A DNA stretch of 54,175 nucleotides, counting the filler, from Squatina squatina (taxonomy: Eukaryota): assembly GCA_031763465.1 (NCBI GenBank). It is 3 parts of 3 records of this genome, joined end to end, with 100 filler letters (N's around TTAATTAATTAA, not from the genome) between each part and the next. Parts side by side here need not be neighbours in the genome. Positions count along the whole stretch, not along the records: positions 12,438 to 39,279 come from JARFOE010000058.1; 2 more parts are not named here. The stretch is one strand, 5' to 3'. This document shows, one piece after another, positions 23,386 through 34,417 of this stretch. The notes under the pieces are model-generated. The model worked only from the letters and a program-made list of their open reading frames with translations, ran no database searches and was not told the DNA's origin. The stretch's first letter is position 1. The number at the start of each line of letters is the position of its first letter. Position numbers and translations under genes: made by a program.

Positions 23386-23580
23386 CTGAAGTTGCAGACG
23401 GATTTTTGTTACTCCCACGGCCACGCCCTCCCCCACGTCCAGCACTGCCACGCCTGCGACTGTCACCCCGGCGCGAATATGGTTCCCTTTCTTCATCTGT
23501 TGGCGCCAGTGACCAATCACTTAGCTCATCTCTGTGCTCGGATTCAGTCTCAGAGGCATTGGATGCTTCAGAATTATTAC
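23386..23580 (-). CDS. FMR1: FMR1 exon with phosphoserine region and RGG box (human exon 15 equivalent)
   Basis: 195 nt, phase 1-1. Encodes [65 protein letters not shown] with canonical AG/GT ends. Confidence 0.95.
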
Positions 23581-24402
23581 CTTAGGAGCCAGAGGGAAAA
23601 AAAGTCACGGGATTGTAAAACCTTGCTCAGCAAAAGCTATGTTGTTGCACTTTACATGAGCAACTGTGTAAAAAGCACAATGTCNNNNNNNNNNNNNNNN
23701 NNNNNNNNNNNNNNNNNNNNNNNNNNNNNNNNNNNNNNNNNNNNNNNNNNNNNNNNNNNNNNNNNNNNNNNNNNNNNNNNNNNNNNNNNNNNNNNNNNNN
23801 NNNNNNNNNNNNNNNNNNNNNNNNNNNNNNNNNNNNNNNNNNNNNNNNNNNNNNNNNNNNNNNNNNNNNNNNNNNNNNNNNNNNNNNNNNNNNNNNNNNN
23901 NNNNNNNNNNNNNNNNNNNNNNNNNNNNNNNNNNNNNNNNNNNNNNNNNNNNNNNNNNNNNNNNNNNNNNNNNNNNNNNNNNNNNNNNNNNNNNNNNNNN
24001 NNNNNNNNNNNNNNNNNNNNNNNNNNNNNNNNNNNNNNNNNNNNNNNNNNNNNNNNNNNNNNNNNNNNNNNNNNNNNNNNNNNNNNNNNNNNNNNNNNNN
24101 NNNNNNNNNNNNNNNNNNNNNNNNNNNNNNNNNNNNNNNNNNNNNNNNNNNNNNNNNNNNNNNNNNNNNNNNNNNNNNNNNNNNNNNNNNNNNNNNNNNN
24201 NNNNNNNNNNNNNNNNNNNNNNNNNNNNNNNNNNNNNNNNNNNNNNNNNNNNNNNNNNNNNNNNNNNNNNNNNNNNNNNNNNNNNNNNNNNNNNNNNNNN
24301 NNNNNNNNNNNNNNNNNNNNNNNNNNNNNNNNNNNNNNNNNNNNNNNNNNNNNNNNNNNNNNNNNNNNNNNNNNNNNNNNNNNNNNNNNNNNNNNNNNNN
24401 NN

Positions 24403-24620
24403 AAAAAAAGTGTTTTCCTCCTGTCACCTTTGGTTCTTTTGCCAATCATCTTAAATCTGTGTCCTCTGGTTCTCGACCCTTCTGCCAATGGGAACAGTTT
24501 CCCTCTATCTACTCATGGCTGATCTGCGATCTAACTCCATATACCCATCTTTGGCCCATATCCCTTAATATCTTTGGTTAACAAAAAGCTATCAATCTCC
24601 GAGTTAAAATTAACTGATAT
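24403..24620 (-). mobile_element. CR1 3' fragments
   Basis: AEGSRTRGHRFKMIGKRTKGDRRK on the minus strand, followed by CR1 tail sequence. Confidence 0.8.
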
Positions 24621-24748
24621 AGGAACAAATGTTTTTGAAAACTGACAGCAATAAATGCTCATCAGTTGCAAATCCTGCAACATAAACTTTATTGTTTAAA
24701 AGTGTTTTCTCTCCCAAACCGGTTGTATATAAATTAAGAATATTAAAC

Positions 24749-24944
24749 CTGATGCATAGCCTGGGCCTCGTCTGCCACGCCCTCTACTGCTGTAGGGTCT
24801 GCCCCCACGCAAGTAACTTGTACTCTCATCGGTCGAGTAGCCCCTTTCTTTGTCGGGGCGGTTTGCAGGGGTCCGCAAACCTGCACCCATCTGCCGAAGT
24901 TGCTCGTCTATTTGCAAACGTTCCATGCGCAGCTGGTCAACTTC
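24749..24944 (-). CDS. FMR1: FMR1 exon containing the nuclear export signal (human exon 14 equivalent)
   Basis: 196 nt, acceptor ctttctctacag. Encodes [65 protein letters not shown]. Confidence 0.95.
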
Positions 24945-26652
24945 CTGTAGAGAAAGCACAGAGACCTTTAGAATAGCTAAATTCACTAGAATTGTTCTAA
25001 AAAAAAAACAGGATCTGCAGAACCTACAAATCGGGACTTGACCAGTGTTCGCTGGACTGTTAATGCGACTAATAATAATTCCTACTATCTTAATTGGGGT
25101 GGGGGAAGAGGAGAGAGAGATGCATTCACTTAACGGCCGAATAACGGATTTTGGCACAGTTCTCTGCAAATACATCTACAGGGACCAACCCATTGCAAAT
25201 CAGTTCACAGGAGATTTAGAATAAATAATGCTGCAGCTTTAATACACAGGATAATAATTCTTCAAGTTGGCACGATGTGGAACCACTTCAGGCGGTGTAC
25301 GTGTGCTAGGTTCCACAATGGGCATCAAGCAATTATGAAATTGAACTTTGCTCTTTCGCTGGCCAGATAACATACCGAGTCTTAGCAGAAACCTGAGCAA
25401 CGGGCATTTTGAGAATGAAACTGCTGCAGATGGACAACAGTTAAACTTGTTCCACTTCTGACTCCAGAATTTTCATGCTAGATTCCCATTTCAACTGAGA
25501 TTTCGCCATCTCTCCCACCCCACAAGAGTCTATTGAGAGCAAGAACAGTAGTGGGAAGCACAGAATGGCATGTCAAAAAATACCTACAGATTCATATCTG
25601 ATTCCGTTGGCTGCCTCCCAGCAGTGTATATAGAAAAGATAATTGTTTTCCAATACATACTGTTTACATTGTTACTGCTGGTTTTCATTTCAAGCAGCTG
25701 GAAAAATGAAAATACCTTTCGAATCTTAGGCAGTACAGTTCACCAGATGAGGGATACAATTAACACAGCAAAAGTCAATGAGAAGATGACACATGGGGTG
25801 GGAGTGAGAGGGTGGGAAAGAAAACTGGCCTGTGGACATATACATTTCACCCATGCAAGACTTGACAAAAAACTATTTAAATGCCACACCATTGTTATGT
25901 TGAGTGCACAGAGTTTCCATATTCTACACAGCCTTAAGAGATAATTCCAACAGCACCTCCTGGATCACAGCAGATGGTAAATGGTTAAAAAAAGTCAAGA
26001 AGTCTGCAAGAACACAATGCAAAATTGTTCACATCTCAGCCCACCCCCACCAAATATACACACAGTAAACAAATGGTAAAAATACTGGACCACTTGATGA
26101 TGGTGGGCCACCCCAGTGGTTGTGAAACTGGTTTTGCAAGTGTCCGCTCCTGGTGAGCGCAGGATGGAAAATCCCACTCACCATCAGCGAGAGGAAGGAG
26201 AAAACAATTGCAGTAAGAACTTGGAATTTGTGGGACAAAGAAATTGTATTCAATAATTAACTGGACAGCATATCTTTCAGGAGTAAGGGGGAAAATAACC
26301 CAAAATTGGAAATCAGATTACCAGGAATGAGAGGAGGAATTAGACAACATGCNNNNNNNNNNNNNNNNNNNNNNNNNNNNNNNNNNNNNNNNNNNNNNNN
26401 NNNNNNNNNNNNNNNNNNNNNNNNNNNNNNNNNNNNNNNNNNNNNNNNNNNNCCAAAACACAGAGCGGTGGTCCTCAAGTGTATGAGATGTTGGAGTAAG
26501 GGAGGAGATACATCTGGGGGGGTCTGGCAGCTGGAAGACAGGGATGGTACATTTGAATTCTGTAGGACTTGGACTTGGATCAAGTACATTTTCCTCAATA
26601 GCAAGCTGCAGTATATCATGCGTCGAACTATCACAACAAAAGCACAACTCAC

Positions 26653-26762
26653 CTCTTCCCGTGGAATCTTTTTATCACCGTCTCCTTCAATTCTCACTCG
26701 GACAACTCCAGATTTGTCTACGATTTCTTGTATGAGCTTTCCGTTTTTGCCTATTACTTTTC
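26653..26762 (-). CDS. FMR1: FMR1 KH2 exon (human exon 10 equivalent)
   Basis: 110 nt. Encodes [37 protein letters not shown] with the KH GxxG loop and the I304-equivalent Ile. Donor GAG|GTGAGT. Confidence 0.95.
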
Positions 26763-26855
26763 CTGGAGAAGGAATGGATTACACAGATATTCAGTTACAT
26801 GTTGTAAGTTCAACAATAAATATTTACTTCAGTGCATTTCTTATGATGGACTTAC

Positions 26856-26934
26856 CTACTAGATTCCTCGGTACTTGTACAGAGTCTTCTGTAAATTCGA
26901 GATAATTCCTGGCCTGCTTGACTGCCTCCTGGTC
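26856..26934 (-). CDS. FMR1: FMR1 exon (human exon 9 equivalent)
   Basis: 79 nt. Encodes [26 protein letters not shown]. Donor G|GTAAGT, with a 93-nt intron to the next exon. Confidence 0.95.
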
Positions 26935-27099
26935 CTATAAATCAGATTGATATTAAAGGAAGAATGTCGCCTAGAGAAAACATTAATTTCAACTAAATTA
27001 ATGATATTAATGTTACCATTTCTGTATAAAGTTATACTGCAATGCTACTTGTACTGTTTTCTTTTGCCAATTTTCTCCCTTCCTCTCCTTACAACCCTT

Positions 27100-27365
27100 A
27101 CTCATGTTGATGGACAGCTCTGTGGACACTGGTGGCCCTCCACTACTTTGCCCAATGGTGCATTCTTCATATGTGAGTGCACACAACAGATAATGCCTCA
27201 GAACCATGCCTGATCTTGTCCTCAGCTGATAACGCACACAAGTATCTTCCAGCATTAGTCGCTGGACAGTAATCGGGATTCGACTGACTCCCCCCCCTCC
27301 CCCATTCTCCATAACTCAAGGTCAATTAAAATGTCCCCACTGATGAACCAGGTGAGATTCGGGCA
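27100..27365 (-). mobile_element. SINE-like fragment, same family as 7795-8110
   Basis: cctgatcttgtcctca...cacacaagtatcttccagca...gctggacagtaatcggga is the reverse complement of the family core. Confidence 0.5.
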
Positions 27366-27394
27366 TCATACCTGTCACCAATTTGGTCTCTATA

Positions 27395-27501
27395 GAACAT
27401 AAGAACATTCATAGAAACATAGAGACATAGAAAATAGGAACAGGAGTAGGCCATTCGGCCCTTCGAGCCTGCTCCGCCATTCAATATGATCATGGCTGAT
27501 C
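27395..27501 (-). mobile_element. CR1 3' end with microsatellite-like tail
   Basis: catagaaacatagagacatagaaaataggaacaggagtaggccattcggcccttcgagcctgctccgccattc is the reverse complement of a CR1 terminus. Confidence 0.85.
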
Positions 27502-28123
27502 NNNNNNNNNNNNNNNNNNNNNNNNNNNNNNNNNNNNNNNNNNNNNNNNNNNNNNNNNNNNNNNNNNNNNNNNNNNNNNNNNNNNNNNNNNNNNNNNNNN
27601 NTAGCAGACTTTCTGAATCTGGTCCTGTAAACAAAACACAATCACTAAGTTGTGAAATATCCATAATGCAGAATTAGGTGCAAGAAAGTACCAAGCCTCC
27701 AAATATTGTTCACAAACTCATTAGATTAACAAATTCAAGACCTAATGGAATGATACTTGTGATCCAAAACTTTCACACCTACTAGTTTAGCCAAATAAAA
27801 TATATTAATTCAACCGTTTGTCCAATACCTTCTGAGGGGACTACAGCCCCTGTGCACACGTCCCAAAAAGGCTACATTTATAAACTGAAAATGTATAAAC
27901 TGAAAATGTAAAAGGATAAAGACCTTTCAGTATCTTCATAATGGTATATATACTCCATTGCCAATTCATGCAGAGATGGGTAAACAGTAACTTTCTGTTG
28001 GAAACTAGCTTAGGTGGGAACCTGAAGTGAAGCATTTTCACAGCCTAATGCAAATAAAGCAGAGCTCTCCAACCACAATTGCCTGTCGTTTATCAATGCT
28101 CTCAAGATCAAGGCAACTAGGAT

Positions 28124-28291
28124 CAATGTTCCCTCAAAGTTGCATGCGTGTGCGGCCGCACAGTAATCTGCACGATACCGCACAGGCTACTCAAGCTTTT
28201 CCACTTGAAATACCACGCGCGGAAAATGAAAGGGACCGCGCATTGAAACAAACAGGCCGCGCACAACAAAGGCAATTCAGAGGGACCATTG
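28124..28291. mobile_element. 168-bp hAT-type MITE in an FMR1 intron
   Basis: TIRs CAATGTTCCCTC and GAGGGACCATTG (11/12 complementary). Flanks ACTAGGAT and ACTCGAAT (6/8) fit a decayed 8-bp TSD. The interior is CpG-rich. Confidence 0.7.
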
Positions 28292-28938
28292 ACTCGAATC
28301 ATTCTTCTCTACACAAGTAACTTCAATTTACAAGAGCACAATGGTTTGAGTGGAGGAATACACAAAATCATGAACCAAGTATATAATAGGGAATCAGATA
28401 GAATTGAATTTCAATGCTTTTTCAGGAAAGATCCAGAGACTATTCCTCAAGGGAAGCAATATTAAATGGTGCATTAAGAAACAAACTGTAACATTGCATT
28501 ATGCTCCCTGACAAAAATGAATTCCGAATAGCTGGGTCAACAATGTTCAACAGCAAGATACTGAAGAAGCCACCAATGCAAACACAAAATCAACCACTGG
28601 GAAGATCACTTGTTCGTGTGTATAGTTTTTAGAATTGTTATTTTTCCTCCCATTTCTCTTTCCCTACTCCCCCTGCTAATTTATATGTTGCATCACAAAT
28701 AACTGTGAAGATCTACTGGCCTCAATTTGCACACCCCAGGCAATTTACGTGTATCATTAAAGCAAAAATGTAAACAGGAAAAACACAATGGATAAAAAGG
28801 ACAAATAAAAGACTTGCATTTATATAGTGTCTCATCACNNNNNNNNNNNNNNNNNNNNNNNNNNNNNNNNNNNNNNNNNNNNNNNNNNNNNNNNNNNNNN
28901 NNNNNNNNNNNNNNNNNNNNNNNNNNNNNNNNNNNNNN

Positions 28939-29705
28939 TAATTTCTGCACTTGGGCCCCTAAATCTGATAATCTACAGTTCCTAGATTTTCACCATTTTA
29001 GAAAAGACTCTGATCTATTTCTCTTAGGCCCAAAGTGGGTGACCTCACACTTTCCCCCATATTGAACTCCATCTGCCACAGTTTTGCCCACTCACTTAGC
29101 CTATCAATGTCCCGTTACAACTTTGCGTTGCAGTCTACAATACTTACTGTAGCACCTAACTTAATATCAGCAAACTTCGGTATACGGCTCTCTATTCCTT
29201 CATCCAAATCATTTTATAGTGAAAAGCTGAGACTCCAGTATAGATCCTTGGGGGGACACCAGAAGTCACATCCTGCCAATACCCATTATCCCTACTGTCT
29301 CCTACCTCTTAACCAATTTCCTATCCACTTTCATTTGTTAAGTCAATGTGGAACCTTGTTGAATGCCTTCTGGAAGTCCATATAAATAATATCTATAGAT
29401 ACTCCCTTACCTACCACATTTGTTACCTTCACAAAAAATTAAACTAGGTTTGTTTGAGATGACGTGGCCTTGACAAATACATAGTGCTGCTCTCTGACCG
29501 GCTCACATTTGGCCAAATGTTCAGACACTGCCACAAATAACAGATTCTCGTAACTTCCCCACAACTGATGTTCGACTAATCAGCCTATAATTTTAGTTTA
29601 TTGCTCATACACTTCTTAAATAGTAGAGCGCCATTGGCAGTTTTCCAATCCAAAGTGGACAATTTCTGAATTCCTGAAGTGTTTTAGAAGATCCTGACCA
29701 CTGCA
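28939..29705 (-). mobile_element. Decayed CR1 RT fragment
   Basis: The minus strand has IIYMDFQKAFNKVPH (29350-29395) and QMEFNMGEV remnants. Confidence 0.8.
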
Positions 29706-29967
29706 TCAATAATCTGCTATTTGCTGATGGCCAGTTTACAATTTCTCCCAGGATAATTTGGCAGGCTTTATTTTATATAACCTTGCTTGGGGGAGGGGGC
29801 GTTAAAAACATGGATAACCACGATAAGAAAGAAAATAATTTTTTATTGCCTAACATTTTGTCTCCTGCGTGCCAGTCTTTCACATTAAGCTTTCACTTTG
29901 GACTTTTCCCCCAAATTAGATCGCCAGAGAAAGGAACATTTTAAAAAAGCTGAACCATCTGACGTAC

Positions 29968-30084
29968 CTCCAGCTGTTTGCTGGCCTCTTCGTTCCTCAA
30001 CATCAGAGTCAACTTTGTCCGAATGCTTCTGAAATGCATGTCGCTCAGCATGCTTGCTCGCTTTGCTGTCATTTCATTGGTGGA
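29968..30084 (-). CDS. FMR1: FMR1 exon (human exon 7 equivalent)
   Basis: 117 nt, phase 0-0. Encodes [39 protein letters not shown]; EEASKQLE is FMR1-type (FXR1/2 recalled as EEATKHLE). Confidence 0.95.
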
Positions 30085-30187
30085 CTGGAGTTTTGCAAAG
30101 AAGTGCAGCATTAGGCTCAAGTTGGTACAATAAAACTCAAAAATTAAAACATGATAAAAGCACCAAGAAAGAAAATTCCACACATAC

Positions 30188-30281
30188 CAAAACAACTAGT
30201 TGATTACTTTCTGAATCAAAGTACACACAATAAGCGCCAATAGCCTTTTTAAAATCCTTATGTGCAGATTCGTTGGCACAT
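30188..30281 (-). CDS. FMR1: FMR1 exon (human exon 6 equivalent)
   Basis: 94 nt. Encodes [31 protein letters not shown]. Acceptor tatttctag, donor TTG|GTATGT. Confidence 0.95.
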
Positions 30282-31811
30282 CTAGAAATAATTGAAATAC
30301 ACAATTGGAAACACTGAGTGTGAGTGATTAAGACTACAAAATACATTAAGGCTTATTAAACACTGCAACAGAANNNNNNNNNNNNNNNNNNNNNNNNNNN
30401 NNNNNNNNNNNNNNNNNNNNNNNNNNNNNNNNNNNNNNNNNNNNNNNNNNNNNNNNNNNNNNNNNNNNNNNNNCCCTTCAATTGGAAGCAGTTCCACAAT
30501 GTCAATGTGGTATAACAAAGCAGAATGCCAGCATCACAGAGGGGATTCTACATTAAGCATCCCTTCTGCCAAGCAGTTTAAATGTGCATTTATCTACCAT
30601 GTTGCTGCCGATGATAGGCCCAGATCTCATAGAATTATCAGACACAGAAGGAGGCCATTCAGTCCATCGTTCCTGTGTTGGTACCGTTTTGATGTCAGCC
30701 CTGTAAGGTATATGAGGTAGTTCCTTTTTTAGTAGCCCCTATCGTCAGCAACATTGAGGCACCATTATAAATATTGCTTCAGTGCAATTGCCAAGATTGC
30801 CCACAAGGTAAATGAGGGAGATTCCACAATACCAGGAGGGGAATGATTTGTAGAACCCTATCTTTTGAAGTAATTGTGCAATAGAAAAGGAGGAAACTAC
30901 ATGTTTGTAATGATAAATTCAACAATTGAATAACGTAAATTATAATCAATCACCAAAAGGCAATAGCAGTTATCAATGTCATAAAGAAGGTGTTTGCAGC
31001 CTTCAGTTCGAGGATGGTTATCACTCTCCTTAATGGTGTGTCATCATTCCACACATACAGCAAGCAAATCTCATGTATCCATCAATTTTGCAAAGTCTTA
31101 TTTTTCAGGCAAATCATTGCTTATTGCTTCAGGGGACTGTTTTATTAACAGTATCTTCAAATCAACATGATCTTCAGTGGGCACAGGAAATACAACAGTG
31201 CATATTGCCAATCTGCTATCATCACGTTCATCCCAGGAGATAGTGGGGGAATTGCCATACTTGCTCAAAATGACAGAAGCAGCCCATAGTTCAATAATAT
31301 TGTTAGATTGTGTTTCCTACAAATGAGAGAAATCACAACCTGGGAACACATTGCAAATCCTTGTTCTAATTTTATGAATTCAACAACTGTAAGACAATGT
31401 CCAATTCCTTTTTTTAATTTCTGTAATTTATAGCTTTAAGTTTCTGAAGCTTTAAAAATGCATTGTTGCACAGCTTGGCAAATAAGCATTATTATGACAG
31501 AAAGTATATGACAACTGCAAATCCAGTACAGCGTTGAAGGCCACTGAGGAACGGTAAACTATGATCACAGTCACACAGGATGTAATTGGTGACCTGCTGG
31601 GCTTTCTCAGTGCTACACGCTAGTCAGAAAATGATTGCAGAGCGCCAAGTGACTTGGTGAAAGAAATTAAAAAAGAAAGACATGCACTTACATAGCACCT
31701 TTCACATCCACNNNNNNNNNNNNNNNNNNNNNNNNNNNNNNNNNNNNNNNNNNNNNNNNNNNNNNNNNNNNNNNNNNNNNNNNNNNNNNNNNNNNNNNNN
31801 NNNNNNNNNNN

Positions 31812-32070
31812 TCATTTAACCGGGAGCCAATGTCGGTCAGCAAGCATAGGGGGTGAGTGGGACTTGATGCGAGTTAGGACACGGGCAGCCAAGTTTTGGG
31901 TGGTCTCAAGCTTACGAAGGGTAGAATGTGGGAGGCCAGCCAGGAGTGTGTTGGAATGGTCAAGTCCTGAGGTAACAAAGGCACGGATGAGGGTTTCAGC
32001 AGCGGATGAGCTGAGGCAGGGGCGGAGATGGGCGGTGTTACGGAGGTGGAAATAGGCGGTTTTATTTATG
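31812..32070 (-). mobile_element. L2-clade LINE ORF2 fragment
   Basis: The minus strand reads KTAYFHLRNTAHLRPCLSSSAAETLIRAFVTSGLDHSNTLLAGLPHSTLRKLETTQNLAARVLT (L2 consensus-like AETLIHAFVTSRLDYCNSLL). Confidence 0.88.
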
Positions 32071-32941
32071 CCGCGCGAGACCCGGATTGCTCACTTCTAC
32101 CTTTTTGTTACGCTTCGCCTCTGGTGCTAAATATTCCCCATTGCATTTCCATGAAAACACTACCCCTTTAGACTTCAATGTGCTCCACACATCAAGTATC
32201 AAGTCATGGCAGTGCCAGAGCGACCTTCTAATGGGCTCCTGTTAATACATCTTGTTTTCTAATACTAGGGTAATTTGGGGTGACATGTGTAATAAGGTGT
32301 CAACTAAAGCCTTAAGGCATCATTTAGCATTTATTATTAGTTTGAAAGCTTGGTGACAGAGCAGCACTTCTACAAGTTATGCCCGATAGGTATTTCTATC
32401 CTGCATAAGATGGATACTCCCTGTACAGCCTGTCAAGATGAAAAGTTGAGTTAATATCCCACCAACAGTTTGTCCTTCAAGTAGCATCGATACTCCATGC
32501 ATTGAAAAAGTATTTCAGTATCCTAACTAACCTAGTAATCGGCATGATTCTATATTACAGCCTGAAGGTTTGTGAAGCTTTGTGCAAAAATTCTGGAATA
32601 TTTCTTTCACTTGCATCTAATTGAATCAACCACCAATACCGCTCACAAAATGTACTGTAATTAAAAGTACACAGGGAGTACCAGGTGCGTGGCAGAGGAT
32701 TAAAAGGCAGTAATCTAATCCTAGTGTTTGAGCAGGTAACCAAATGAGCAAGTCCTAGGGCGGCCAATTCGGGTTTTTAAAGTTTCTAGCGCTCAGCGCT
32801 GAATTTGGCGCTGGAAATGGGACTCTTTGAAAATTTTCAGTNNNNNNNNNNNNNNNNNNNNNNNNNNNNNNNNNNNNNNNNNNNNNNNNNNNNNNNNNNN
32901 NNNNNNNNNNNNNNNNNNNNNNNNNNNNNNNNNNNNNNNNN

Positions 32942-33250
32942 CAGTCTCTCCACGTAACTGAAGTCCCTCAGCCCTGGAACCATTCCAGTAAATCTCCTCT
33001 GCACCCTCTCCAAGGCCTAGACATCCTTCCTAAAGTCTGATGCCCAAAATTAGACACAATACTCCAGCTGGGACCTAACCAGTGATTTACAAAGGTTTAG
33101 AATAAATTGCTTTGGTATTCTATTCTTCTGTTAATAAAGTCAATGATCTTCTTTAGCTGTCTTATCAACTTGTCCTGCCATCACCAAAGCTTTGTATTCA
33201 CACACCCGCAGGCCTCTTTGTTCCTGCACCCCCTTTAAAATTGTAGCATA
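32942..33250 (-). mobile_element. CR1 ORF2 fragment
   Basis: ILKGVQEQRGLRV...AGQVDK, followed by VRSQLEYCV*FWASDFRKDV remnants. Confidence 0.8.
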
Positions 33251-33770
33251 TTGTATTCTGTTTATATTTTTCATTAAAATGAATGAGGTAATATTAATTA
33301 TACAAAGGCAAAGTGGTGGGATTTCCAGTGCAATATACACCTTTGTAGTCTGGTTATCTCTGAGCTGCAAGCAGTGCGGGTTATAATTATTGTGCGGTGT
33401 GGGTGTAGGATGCTTGTTTTGAACATTCTAATCAAATGAACCTTACAATGGTTTCAGCAACTAAAATGGGATTGGTGCCCTCTCTGTGAATTTAATGGAA
33501 ATGACAACATTATATACAAGAAACAAGACAAACTGCATTAAGGTTAAAGTACAATGTACTCCATTTAATTGCAAGCAATTTAATTAACATTCCTGCCCAA
33601 TTAGCCCTCAATCCACTTCACAGGTGTATCTGCTGTGTGTTGAAAGAGATGTTCAGGTTTTTAAGAAGGANNNNNNNNNNNNNNNNNNNNNNNNNNNNNN
33701 NNNNNNNNNNNNNNNNNNNNNNNNNNNNNNNNNNNNNNNNNNNNNNNNNNNNNNNNNNNNNNNNNNNNNN

Positions 33771-33990
33771 TCACTCAGAGGGTGGTGAATCTTTGGAATT
33801 CTCTACCCCAGAGGGCTGTGGAGGCTCAGTCATTGAGTATATTCAAGGCTGAGATCGATAGATTTTTGGACTCTAGGGGAATCGAGGGATATGGGGATCG
33901 GGCGGGAAAGTGGAGTTGAGGTCGAAGATCTTATTGAATGGTGGAGGAGGGGCCGTATGGCCTACTCCTGCTCCTATTTCTTATGCTATG
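33771..33990 (+). mobile_element. CR1 3' end
   Basis: TQRVVNLWNSLPQRAVEAQSLSIFKAEIDRFL followed by the gcctactcctgctcctatttcttatg tail. Confidence 0.9.
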
Positions 33991-34286
33991 TTCCATATTC
34001 AAAGGGTTCAATTCTTGACGCTGTGCTTTCAGTTCTGCTGATTGTAAGGATGGTCAACGAATGCTGGCCCAGCCAGCAGTGCCCACATTCCGTGAATGAA
34101 TAAAAAAAAACTGTCCTCTTCTTCAGTGAATTGAATGTCAGCCATGAAATAGTGCCGTGTCACCCAGTCCATTATGAGTGGAGGGGCTGATCATATAAAC
34201 CTGAAGGTGTCGGCAGTGGGTCAGACACTGACCCCTCACCTCGGGCCCCTGGCTCCACCGCCGCCCAGACTGATGGGATCTTAAAT

Positions 34287-34417
34287 AAAAACAGAAAGCG
34301 CTGGAAATACCCAGCCGGTCAGGTCAGGCAGCGTCCGTGGAGAGAGAAACAGAACTGACGAAGGGACATCGAGCTGAAATGTTGACTCCGTTTACTGTTT
34401 CCAGCATTTTCTGTTTT
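34287..34417. mobile_element. Fold-back Penelope-type terminal repeat with a degenerate hammerhead core
   Basis: Arms aaaacagaaagcgctggaaa (34287-34307) and tttccagcattttctgtttt (34398-34417) are inverted. The interior has CTGACGA (34355) ... GAAA (34376). The Penelope assignment is from recall. Confidence 0.55.

Noticed and set aside
23392-24522. Long ORFs of 272-376 aa, and other X-containing ORFs
   Set aside because: Their length comes from N runs. The real part of 23392.. is antisense to the FMR1 RGG exon.
21411-30281. Assignment to FXR1 or FXR2
   Set aside because: [31 protein letters not shown] and IRIDSNNERSV, together with the exon layout, favour FMR1.
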